Shown in pieces: positions 18,287 through 26,415 of a stretch of DNA of 64,000 bases. Position numbers and translations under genes: made by a program. Position 1 is the stretch's first letter. Each line of letters opens with the position of its first letter. Under the pieces are notes generated by a model that was not told the DNA's origin, did not search any database, and was given only the letters and a program-made list of their open reading frames with translations. The DNA comes from an uncultured Acidobacteriaceae bacterium (GTDB taxonomy: Bacteria; Acidobacteriota; Terriglobia; Terriglobales; Acidobacteriaceae): assembly GCA_964563875.1 (NCBI GenBank), contig CAZLZA010000016.1, forward strand, positions 2,518 to 66,517, given 5' to 3'.

Positions 18287-19219
18287 CTAGCGGGCGACTA
18301 CCCGCGCAATCGCCGTCTCCAGAACTTCGCGGGTAAAAATGGCGCCGGTGGTTTGCCGGGTTCGCTTACGGTAGATTGCGGTGGTCTGGCAGAGCACGAC
18401 GATGTCTTCGATCTCGGCGGGGTTCACAACACATTCGAGAATTCGCGAGCGAAATTCGTCTTCCGTCATTCCTGCCAGTTGAAAGCCCCGGTGCTGCGCC
18501 TCGGCCAGGTAGAAGTGGACCACATCGGATAACATACGCCCCGCCTCGGCGGGGATTTCCGGACGGTCTGCAGGATTGAGGCCGGCGCCGGGAAGAGCTA
18601 GCTTGATTCCAAACATGTTATCCAGATCGCTGTCCGCTGCAAAATCTACGGTTGTGGCAACGACGAGAACATTGGGGCGCTCCGAGGTGGTCTCAATCAG
18701 CGCGTCGAGTTCGGCGAGCAACTCAGGATCGCCCAACTGATAGGCGAGGTCGATGCGCGGCAGCAGCAACATTACTTTTTTGCGGCGGTATCCCCGCACG
18801 ATGCCTTTGGCCTTGGCCAGGGCGTCACTGTCGCGCGGATTGTAGACGGTGACCAGGCGCTCCATTCCAGCCATCTGGGCGATGCGCTGCGCCAAGCTTT
18901 TTTTGCCACTCTGGTTGGGCCCGATGATGAGCACCTCGTTACCGATTTTCAAATCCTGATAGGCCGAGGGCGTACGCGCGCGATCGACCAGATCGGCAAT
19001 GCCTTCGAGCAGATGGTCCAGCCCCGCCAGACGCGGGTTGAGGCTACTGACCGCAACATCTTCAAGGCTGAGATAGACCCGTTCACGCCGTTTGCGCCGA
19101 TCCGAAATGAAGTCGATGAAGGCGGGAAGAGCCGCGATCGAGCCGACGATGGTTGCCAGTACGAGGATTTCTTCCGTCAGCAGAAGAGCAGCGTCGCTGC
19201 TTGAGGTAGGCTCAAACAT
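18287..19219 (-). CDS. Membrane-anchored P-loop NTPase of unknown function
   Basis: N-terminal TM (ILVLATIVGSIAALPAFIDFI) and Walker A IIGPNQSGKKSLA. The presumptive Walker B strand KKVMLLLPRIDL lacks the usual DE/DD. Confidence 0.6.
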   Translation of the reverse strand: MFEPTSSSDAALLLTEEILVLATIVGSIAALPAFIDFISDRRKRRERVYLSLEDVAVSSLNPRLAGLDHLLEGIADLVDRARTPSAYQDLKIGNEVLIIGPNQSGKKSLAQRIAQMAGMERLVTVYNPRDSDALAKAKGIVRGYRRKKVMLLLPRIDLAYQLGDPELLAELDALIETTSERPNVLVVATTVDFAADSDLDNMFGIKLALPGAGLNPADRPEIPAEAGRMLSDVVHFYLAEAQHRGFQLAGMTEDEFRSRILECVVNPAEIEDIVVLCQTTAIYRKRTRQTTGAIFTREVLETAIARVVAR

Positions 19220-19350
19220 ACGCTGAGAATAACACTGGCATTTGGAATCGGGATGGGGTAACTATTGCGCTTCCGGGTTGGCAAGGGGCGGTTATTGCTC
19301 GTCAGCACATACGTTCTTGTGTACGATACGATCTCAACCGATTCTGATTT

Positions 19351-21537
19351 ATGCCAGTGCAGTCCCGCTACTTGCGGCTGGTCGACATCGTGGAAGAGAA
19401 GAAGTTCAAAGCTTTACTTCGGCGGATGGTGGGGATTCCGGTGATTGCACTGGCGATCCTTGCGGCACTGCTCCTGGTGGAGATCCAGGCCCTGAGGAAT
19501 TCCCTGCGCGGGGTGGAGCACGCCGATCAGGTGATCAACGCCGACCGCGAACTGATCAAGCTGACCGTCGACATGCAGACCGATGTCCGCGGCTTTCTGT
19601 ATACCGGGAAAAGCGAATTTCTGCAGCCCTACAAAGAATCCGTACAGATCATTAACTCGGAATTCACCACTCTTAATCAGCTTGTTTCCGACGATCCGGG
19701 GCAACAGGCCCGTCTGGCAGCCATCCATCGGCGGTTTGACGAGTGGCAGCAGCAAGCCGAGCATTCGATTGAATTGCGCCATAGGAGCCTACCGCCCCTC
19801 GATATAGGAGAGGGTGGTTACGAGAGCAGCCTGCAACGCAACCAGATGCGGGCTTCGGTCCGTGCGGACCATGACGCCTTCACGGCTGCCGAAGCGCAGT
19901 TGCGCGCTGAGCGCAAGCGCATGGTTGAGCGCCGGTCTGGAATTTTGGTGATCACCATTTTGCTGGCCCCACTGGTGGGAGGCGGTTTGGCGATGTTCAC
20001 GAGCCGCCAGATTCGCCTGTTGGCAGAACGCTTTAAGGAATCGTTGGACATCGCCGGGAAACGTGCCGAGGCGCTCCACGAGCAGGCGGAACTGTTAGAC
20101 CTCGCGCACGACACGATCATGGTGCGTGACCTCCATGGGACGATTCGTTTCTGGAATCACGGGGCGGAGGAGATGTACGGATACTCCAAAGAGCAGGCCA
20201 CCGGAAAAATCGCCCAGGAATTGCTCCACACGATATTTTTGAGACCGTCGGCCGAGATCGACGCTGAACTTCTGCGAAAAGGACGATGGGAAGGTGAGCT
20301 GACGCGCGCCACGAAGGACGGCAAACCTGCCGTGGTGAACACCCACTGGGTATTGCAACGGGATAAGGACGGCATGGCCTGTGGCGTGATGGAGATCTCC
20401 ACCGACATCACCGAGTACAAGCGGGCGGAAGAGGAAAGTAAGAGGAGCAAGCATCTGCTGGAGATGTTCGTCGAGAATGCTCCCGCCGCCCTGGCCATGT
20501 TCAACCGCAATATGTGCTACGTGCGGGTCAGCAAGAAATGGGATGAGGTATGCCGCCTGGAGGGCGGTTCGATTCTGGGAAAATCTCACTACGAGCTGTT
20601 CCCTAACTTGCCCGAGCATTGGAAGGAGGCGCACCGGCGCGGTCTGGCGGGAGAATCGCTGGGCGCTGAAGAGGAATGGGTGGCAGGGGATGGCACAAAG
20701 CGAACCGTCCGATGGGCCATCCATCCCTGGGGAGACTCCGGTACGGAGACCGGCGGCATCATTATTTTCTCCGAGGACATCACCCAGCGCAAGCAGACGG
20801 AGTTGGCGCTTCTGCGCAGCGAAAAACTGGCCTCCGTGGGACGCATGGCAGCGGTCATCGCACATGAGATCAACAATCCACTGGCGGCGACGATGAACGC
20901 GGTCTACCTCGCTTTGAACATGAAAAACCTGCCGACCGAGGCACGCCGGTATCTGGAAATGGCGGACGCGGAACTGAAACGGATCGCGCACATTACGCGA
21001 CAGTCGCTCGGCTTCTATCGCGAATCCAATGCGCCGGCGCGCATGACGGTGCAATCGGTGCTGAACTCAGCGGTGGACTTGTTATCCAGCCGGATTAAAG
21101 CCAAGCACGCGGCAATCGAGAGGCAATGGGAGGAAGATGTGGAGATCACCGCCGTCGCCGGTGAACTCCGGCAGGTGTTTTCCAATCTTCTGGCCAACAG
21201 TCTGGACGCTCTCGACGACCACGGCACGGTCAAATTGCGAGTATCCTCCGGCACCGGGCTCAAAGGCGGCCAACGTTGCGTTCGGGTGACCATCGCGGAC
21301 AATGGCAAAGGCATCGCAGCGAATCTACGGCCGCACATTTTCGAACCGTTCTTCACCACCAAAGGTACGATCGGCACCGGCCTCGGCCTCTGGGTCACCA
21401 AAGAGATCATCGACAAACACGGAGGAACGATCCAGGTGCGTTCCAATACTCGCGAGGTGCGTCGGGGCACGGTGTTCTCGGTTGTTCTACCGGTGGAGCC
21501 CACGGCAGCGGCACGCGGCAAATCCGCCGGGGATTAA
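19351..21537 (+). CDS. Sensor histidine kinase (CHASE3-like extracytoplasmic region, two PAS domains, HisKA/HATPase)
   Basis: TM after about 25 aa. CHASE3-like DVRGFLYTGKSEFLQPY. Second TM. PAS-type repeats (RFWNHGAEEMYGYSKEQATG and FNRNMCYVRVSKKW). H-box AAVIAHEINNPLAA. G-boxes DNGKGI and GTGLGLWV. Confidence 0.88.
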   Translation: MPVQSRYLRLVDIVEEKKFKALLRRMVGIPVIALAILAALLLVEIQALRNSLRGVEHADQVINADRELIKLTVDMQTDVRGFLYTGKSEFLQPYKESVQIINSEFTTLNQLVSDDPGQQARLAAIHRRFDEWQQQAEHSIELRHRSLPPLDIGEGGYESSLQRNQMRASVRADHDAFTAAEAQLRAERKRMVERRSGILVITILLAPLVGGGLAMFTSRQIRLLAERFKESLDIAGKRAEALHEQAELLDLAHDTIMVRDLHGTIRFWNHGAEEMYGYSKEQATGKIAQELLHTIFLRPSAEIDAELLRKGRWEGELTRATKDGKPAVVNTHWVLQRDKDGMACGVMEISTDITEYKRAEEESKRSKHLLEMFVENAPAALAMFNRNMCYVRVSKKWDEVCRLEGGSILGKSHYELFPNLPEHWKEAHRRGLAGESLGAEEEWVAGDGTKRTVRWAIHPWGDSGTETGGIIIFSEDITQRKQTELALLRSEKLASVGRMAAVIAHEINNPLAATMNAVYLALNMKNLPTEARRYLEMADAELKRIAHITRQSLGFYRESNAPARMTVQSVLNSAVDLLSSRIKAKHAAIERQWEEDVEITAVAGELRQVFSNLLANSLDALDDHGTVKLRVSSGTGLKGGQRCVRVTIADNGKGIAANLRPHIFEPFFTTKGTIGTGLGLWVTKEIIDKHGGTIQVRSNTREVRRGTVFSVVLPVEPTAAARGKSAGD

Positions 21538-21571
21538 GCGGCTCGCCATCCAGTACCCCGTACTGACAAGC

Positions 21572-22570
21572 TTAGCTGAAGCCAAGTACAGGATGCGGCG
21601 TGTACGGCTCTTCGAGAGCAGCAATCTCTTCGGACCTGAGGTGCAGCGACAGCGCCGCCACGGCATCCTCAAGATGATGCGGCTTGGTAGCGCCGACGAT
21701 CGGCGCGGTAACTCCCGGTTTGCTGAGCAGCCAGGCCAGCGCCACTTGCGCGCGGGGAACACCGCGTTGTTCGGCAACCTGACCCAGGCGGTCCACAACT
21801 TTCTTATCCGTCTCTTCGGTCTGCGCGTACATCTTCCTCCCGAACTGGTCGGTTTCGTAACGTTTGGTGCTTTCACTTTGCCAGGGGCGGGCGAGGCGTC
21901 CACGCGCGAGAGGGCTCCAGGGAATGACGCCGATGCCTTCGGCGCGGCAAAGCGGAAGCATCTCGCGCTCTTCTTCGCGATAGAGCAGGTTGTAATGATT
22001 CTGCATGGAGACGAAGCGGGTCCAGCCGTGGAGGTCTGCCAGATAAAGCGCTTTGGTGAATTGCCAGGCAAACATCGACGAGGCTCCGAGGTAACGCACC
22101 TTGCCGGATTTCACCAGGTCGTGCAGTGCTTCCAAGGTCTCTTCGATCGGCGTTTCATAGTCGAAGCGATGAATCTGGTATAGGTCCACATAGTCGGTCC
22201 CCAGGCGGCGGAGACTCTCGTCGAGTTCGAAGAAGATGGCTTTGCGGGAGAGACCGCGTCCGTTGGGTTCATCGCGCATGACCCCTTGCACTTTGGTGGC
22301 GATGACCACGGATTCACGGCGAGCGTTTGCTTTCAGGAATCGCCCGACCACCGCCTCGCTGGCACCGCTGGAGTAGACATTTGCAGTATCGAAGAAGTTG
22401 ATGCCGAGATCGAGCGCCGCGCGGAGAAAGGGCTGACTCGCTTCTTCGTTCAGAGCCCACGCGTGCCGTCCGCCTTTCAGTTCTCCGGTGGCAGGCTCTC
22501 CGTAGGTCATGCAGCCGAGGCAGATGCGGGAGACCTTGAGGCCGGTTTTGCCGAGGTTGATGTAGTCCAT
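21572..22570 (-). CDS. Aldo/keto reductase
   Basis: MDYINLGKTGLKVSRICLGCMTYG, FFDTANVYS, DLYQIHRFD: AKR signatures. I chose the start at 22570 because AAGGAGG lies 5 nt upstream. The ORF is open to 22618. Confidence 0.88.
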   Translation of the reverse strand: MDYINLGKTGLKVSRICLGCMTYGEPATGELKGGRHAWALNEEASQPFLRAALDLGINFFDTANVYSSGASEAVVGRFLKANARRESVVIATKVQGVMRDEPNGRGLSRKAIFFELDESLRRLGTDYVDLYQIHRFDYETPIEETLEALHDLVKSGKVRYLGASSMFAWQFTKALYLADLHGWTRFVSMQNHYNLLYREEEREMLPLCRAEGIGVIPWSPLARGRLARPWQSESTKRYETDQFGRKMYAQTEETDKKVVDRLGQVAEQRGVPRAQVALAWLLSKPGVTAPIVGATKPHHLEDAVAALSLHLRSEEIAALEEPYTPHPVLGFS

Positions 22571-22815
22571 GATTCCTCCTTTATAGTCCGCACAAGCCCT
22601 AAGTCCAATGTAGCTCATAAAAATGCGTTATTCCGTGGCCTGAGAAGCGTTCGGAGCCGCATTACAAGAGGATAAAGTATAAACCTGTCTGATGAGCATA
22701 ATTCGCTTTTAAGTCAAGCCGAACATTGTTAGATTTCAGCATCCGACGTGATGTGTGTCACGGTGGACTCACAAATTGGCGACCGCCGATCAACTCGGCG
22801 CGCGGAGAGAATCGA

Positions 22816-23337
22816 ATGGTGTTCATCGCGTGGAGACCGGAATTCAGTGTTGGAATCGTTGAATTAGATGACGACCATCGTCACTTGATTGCATTGTTGA
22901 ACGAGTCGCATTCGGCTTTGGCGATGGACGAAGATAAGGGCAGACTAGCTCTGCGATCCATCTTGGAAAGTTTGATCTGGTACACGCGATCACACTTCAA
23001 GGCGGAAGAAGTGCTCATGCAGCACTATGCCTACCCAAAATCCGCTTCGCATAAGGCGGAGCACGACCGCCTCACAAAGCAGGTAACTCAGTTCGCTAAC
23101 AGCTTTAAGTTGGGATCCAACGCGATTTCACTCGAAGTGGCCACGATGCTGGAAGAGGAATGGCTGGGGAAACACATATTACAGTGTGATGCGGCGTATG
23201 CCCACTTCTTCCGATCGAACGGTATGATGGACATGGTTATCAAGCACGTGAATGGGCAAAAAGCCGCGCGAGAGCGCCACCACACCCCCGTGCAGGATTG
23301 GCTCCGTCACGGAAGAGTTGCAGCGCCGCATTGGTAA
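22816..23337 (+). CDS. Hemerythrin-like metal-binding protein
   Basis: From the internal Met: MVFIAWRPEFSVGIVELDDDHRHLIALLN, then HFKAEE and SHKAEHD, the bacteriohemerythrin H/E ligand pattern. The ORF is open from 22726. Confidence 0.75.
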   Translation: MVFIAWRPEFSVGIVELDDDHRHLIALLNESHSALAMDEDKGRLALRSILESLIWYTRSHFKAEEVLMQHYAYPKSASHKAEHDRLTKQVTQFANSFKLGSNAISLEVATMLEEEWLGKHILQCDAAYAHFFRSNGMMDMVIKHVNGQKAARERHHTPVQDWLRHGRVAAPHW

Positions 23338-23345
23338 GAACTGAA

Positions 23346-23717
23346 TCAGGGTTTCCCCGGAGCAGATAAACAATTCAGCGAGCAGTGCAGGGCATCGATC
23401 GACAACTGGGCGGCGTGGACCGAGGTCTCGGGAATTCCTCCCAGCGATTCGATAATCGACTCGCGACGGATGGCAAGCGCGTCGGTCAGGTTCGTTCCCT
23501 GAATCATCTCGGTTAACCGCGATGCGCACGCGATGGTCGGGACACAGCCCTTGGCACGGAAGCGGGCTTCGAGAATGGTTTGATCTTCGACCCGAAGGCT
23601 CAATTCCAGCATGTCGCCGCACACGGGATTCTCAACTCGTGCCACAGCGTTGGCGTCCGGCAGCACGCCCGAGTTGCGCGTATTGGTGAAATGATCCATT
23701 ACCAGCGTTGAATACAT
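23346..23717 (-). CDS. iscU: IscU/NifU-N-type Fe-S cluster scaffold protein
   Basis: 123 aa with the three scaffold cysteines in their usual contexts: NPVCGDM, AKGCVPTIACAS, ALHCS. Confidence 0.85.
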   Translation of the reverse strand: MYSTLVMDHFTNTRNSGVLPDANAVARVENPVCGDMLELSLRVEDQTILEARFRAKGCVPTIACASRLTEMIQGTNLTDALAIRRESIIESLGGIPETSVHAAQLSIDALHCSLNCLSAPGKP

Positions 23718-23772
23718 AGAAGCCTGAGTCCTTCAGATTGCGCGCTTGTCGTCTCCGGCAGCCGAGCCAATC

Positions 23773-24966
23773 CTAATCGTGTACTGAGGCGGAGGAGCCT
23801 TTTTTCTTGCGATTGCGGTTGCTCCAAACCGGACTCAGCTTCCGGAGCTTCGCGACTTCCGCAAAAAGACAGCTCTGCGCGTAATCCATCTCCTCTTGCG
23901 TTGTCTGTTTGCCGAGGCTGAAGCGAACGGTCGCATGCGCACGGTCGCGCTTTAGCCCCATCGCCAGTAGTACGTAGGGAGGGTGATTATCGCCGGAGGC
24001 GCACGCCGATCCGGTCGAAACCGATACTTCCCTTTGATCGAGCGCTACCATCAGCGAGCCTCCCGAGATCCCATCGAAAGAGATGTCCGAGGTATTAGGC
24101 GTGCGTGGGGCTCCAAGGCCATGAATATGAATGCACTCCAGCTGTTCGCTCACCACACGCTCGAAGTCATCGCGCAGTTTGGCCATCCGCTCTGCGCCGC
24201 CATCCGCCAGCCAGTGGCTCGCAATCTCGGCGGCCTTGCCCAGGCCCACGATTCCCGGTAGGTTTTCCGTGCCGCCGCGCCGGTTGTGTTCCTGTGGCCC
24301 TCCCACAATCAGGGGCTGCATCGGCGTCCCACGCCGCACGTAGAGGGCGCCGATGCCCTGCGGTGCGTTGAGTTTATGCCCGGAAATACTGAGCAGATCG
24401 CATTGGATACGGGCCACCTTCACAGCCAGTTTGCCGGCTGCCTGTACGGCGTCGGTGTGGAACCAGACGTCGGCTTCGGCGGCAATCTTGCCGATCTCCT
24501 CCAACGGCTGAACGACGCCGGTCTCGTTGTTGGCCATCATTACGGAAATCAGTTTTGTATTCTTCCGCAAGGCCGCCCGCACGTCCTCGGGATTGACCTG
24601 CCCCTGGCCGTCCACTGGGAGGTAGGTCACGGTTACGCCATCGGCCTCCAGCCGCTTGCAGACGTTGAGGATAGCAGGGTGCTCGATGACGCTGGTAATG
24701 ACGTGATCGCCCGCTGAGACCAGGCCCAAGATTGCCTGGTTGTCGCCTTCGGTACCGCCGCTGTTGAAAACGATTTCCGCCGGATCGGCTCCCAGCAAAG
24801 CGGCGACCGCCTTGCGCGCAGCCTCAACCGCGGCACGTGCCTGCTGACCACGCTCGTAGAGTGACGAGGCGTTGCCGAACTTTTCCACGAAATACGGCCG
24901 CATGGCCTCGAAGACTTCCGGAAGAAGTTGGGTGGTCGCATTATTGTCAAGATAAACACTGGGCAT
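23773..24966 (-). CDS. nifS: Cysteine desulfurase (NifS/IscS class I)
   Basis: MPSVYLDNNATT, PLP-lysine motif ISGHKLNAPQGIGALYVRRG, active-site loop STGSACASG. Confidence 0.9.
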   Translation of the reverse strand: MPSVYLDNNATTQLLPEVFEAMRPYFVEKFGNASSLYERGQQARAAVEAARKAVAALLGADPAEIVFNSGGTEGDNQAILGLVSAGDHVITSVIEHPAILNVCKRLEADGVTVTYLPVDGQGQVNPEDVRAALRKNTKLISVMMANNETGVVQPLEEIGKIAAEADVWFHTDAVQAAGKLAVKVARIQCDLLSISGHKLNAPQGIGALYVRRGTPMQPLIVGGPQEHNRRGGTENLPGIVGLGKAAEIASHWLADGGAERMAKLRDDFERVVSEQLECIHIHGLGAPRTPNTSDISFDGISGGSLMVALDQREVSVSTGSACASGDNHPPYVLLAMGLKRDRAHATVRFSLGKQTTQEEMDYAQSCLFAEVAKLRKLSPVWSNRNRKKKGSSASVHD

Positions 24967-25007
24967 TCAATTCCCTCCTTCGCCCGCACGGCCTCTGGGC
25001 AGTGCTT

Positions 25008-26153
25008 CTAACTGGCTGCCTGCGGCGCCTGCACCAACTTGCGTAACAGCCGCAGATGGGGCAGGGCGGCTTCGGAGTTGCGGCGGGCGGCAATGAGTTC
25101 GGCGACCACGGAGACGCCGATCTCTTCCGGCGTTCTGGCACCGATGTCGATCCCAATCGGAGCGCTGACGCGATTCAGTTTGTCGGGAGCGATGCCTTCT
25201 TTTTCCAACTCGCGGAAAATCGTAACCACTTTGCGCTTCGAACCGATCATGCCGACGTAGTGGGCGGGGGTATTGGCAGCCCAGCGTAGAACCCGCATAT
25301 CGTCGCGGTGACCCCGCGTGGCAATGACCACGAATGCCGCCTCGGGCAACACCAGCTGTGCCATGACGCGATCGAATTCCTCCGCATGGACATCGCGGGC
25401 TTCCGGAAAGCGCTCCCGATTGGCGAAGGCCTCGCGATCGTCGATCACGACGACCTCAAATCCCGCGATGCGAGCCACACGATACACGTTGAACCCGACG
25501 TGGCCGGCGCCGAATACATAGACCGTCGAAACCGGAAGAAGCGGCTCAATAAAAGTTTCGAGCGAGCCGCCGCTGGCCAGACCGGTATCATATTGTGGAT
25601 TCTTTTCCAGGTCGAAGGATAGCGTGCGCGGTTCTTCCCGCGCGATAACCTCGGCCGCCGCCTGCCTTACCTCGGCCTCGACCGGGCCACCACCGATGGC
25701 GCCTACGGTAATGCCGTCGTCACGCACCAGCAGTTTGGCCGCTTCCAGGGAGCCACCGGCGCTGATGATGGTCGCCAGGGCGGCACGGCGGCCTTCCCGG
25801 CGCCAGCGCACCAGCTCTTCGTAGATATCCATCACGGTCGAACCGGGGAGAAGAGGCTCAATGAAGATTTCAAGCGAACCGCCGCAGACCAGACCGGTGT
25901 CGTATTTGGGATTCTTATTCAGGTTGAAGGCCAGGGTGCGCGGCTTTTCCTGCTCAATGACTTCGCGGGCGGCCTGCCACACTTCGGCCTCGACGCAGCC
26001 GCCGCCGATGCTGCCTGCCATGGTGCCATCGTCGCGAACCAGCATTTTCGCGGCTTCAAAGGAAGGGATGGAGCCGCGCACGCCGATAATGGTCGCCAGC
26101 GCGGCGCGACGGCCCTCATGCCGCCAGCGCACAAGCTCTTCGTAAATATCCAT
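25008..26153 (-). CDS. xdhC: XdhC/CoxI-family molybdenum-hydroxylase accessory protein with a duplicated N-terminal domain
   Basis: Two tandem XdhC_CoxI-type N-domains, both beginning MDIYEELVRWR.EGRRAALATII. They are followed by the Rossmann-like XdhC_C domain (VYVFGAGHVG...VIATRGHRDD...YVGMIGSKRK). Confidence 0.85.
   Translation of the reverse strand: MDIYEELVRWRHEGRRAALATIIGVRGSIPSFEAAKMLVRDDGTMAGSIGGGCVEAEVWQAAREVIEQEKPRTLAFNLNKNPKYDTGLVCGGSLEIFIEPLLPGSTVMDIYEELVRWRREGRRAALATIISAGGSLEAAKLLVRDDGITVGAIGGGPVEAEVRQAAAEVIAREEPRTLSFDLEKNPQYDTGLASGGSLETFIEPLLPVSTVYVFGAGHVGFNVYRVARIAGFEVVVIDDREAFANRERFPEARDVHAEEFDRVMAQLVLPEAAFVVIATRGHRDDMRVLRWAANTPAHYVGMIGSKRKVVTIFRELEKEGIAPDKLNRVSAPIGIDIGARTPEEIGVSVVAELIAARRNSEAALPHLRLLRKLVQAPQAAS
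25521..26153 (-). repeat. In-frame tandem duplication inside xdhC (copy 1 = aa 1-107, nt 26153-25833; copy 2 = aa 108-211, nt 25832-25521)
   Basis: Protein copies align end to end. Copy 2 has a 3-aa deletion and replaces both Cys of copy 1 (GGGCVEAE to GGGPVEAE; GLVCGGS to GLASGGS). Confidence 0.9.
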
Positions 26154-26289
26154 AGCCCCTCAATGGCAGACCGGCGCCCCAGGTAAGGATCGTCCGCTGC
26201 AATGTTTTTGTGCCCCTATAACGTACCGTCATCACGTACAAATTACAACGTAATCTATCCAAGACCATCCCGACGCCAAGGCAGCTTTA

Positions 26290-26305
26290 TGGCAACGCAA
26301 TTGCG
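26290..26305 (+). promoter_or_regulatory. Candidate sigma54 (-24/-12) promoter element TGGCAacgcaaTTGCg, pointing toward the moeA-like/mop operon
   Basis: GG and GC have exactly the consensus spacing of TGGCAC-N5-TTGCW. The element sits 111 nt upstream of the ATG at 26416. No enhancer-binding protein gene is visible in the window. Confidence 0.35.
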
Positions 26306-26415
26306 CGTCTGCTTGACGTAACTTATGCTTGACAATGTTGCGTCGCGGTGACAGTCTGGTTCCGTTCCGGTCAAATGCGGAAATCTAGTCCAGTTCCTCT
26401 TTCTGTGGGCGTGCA

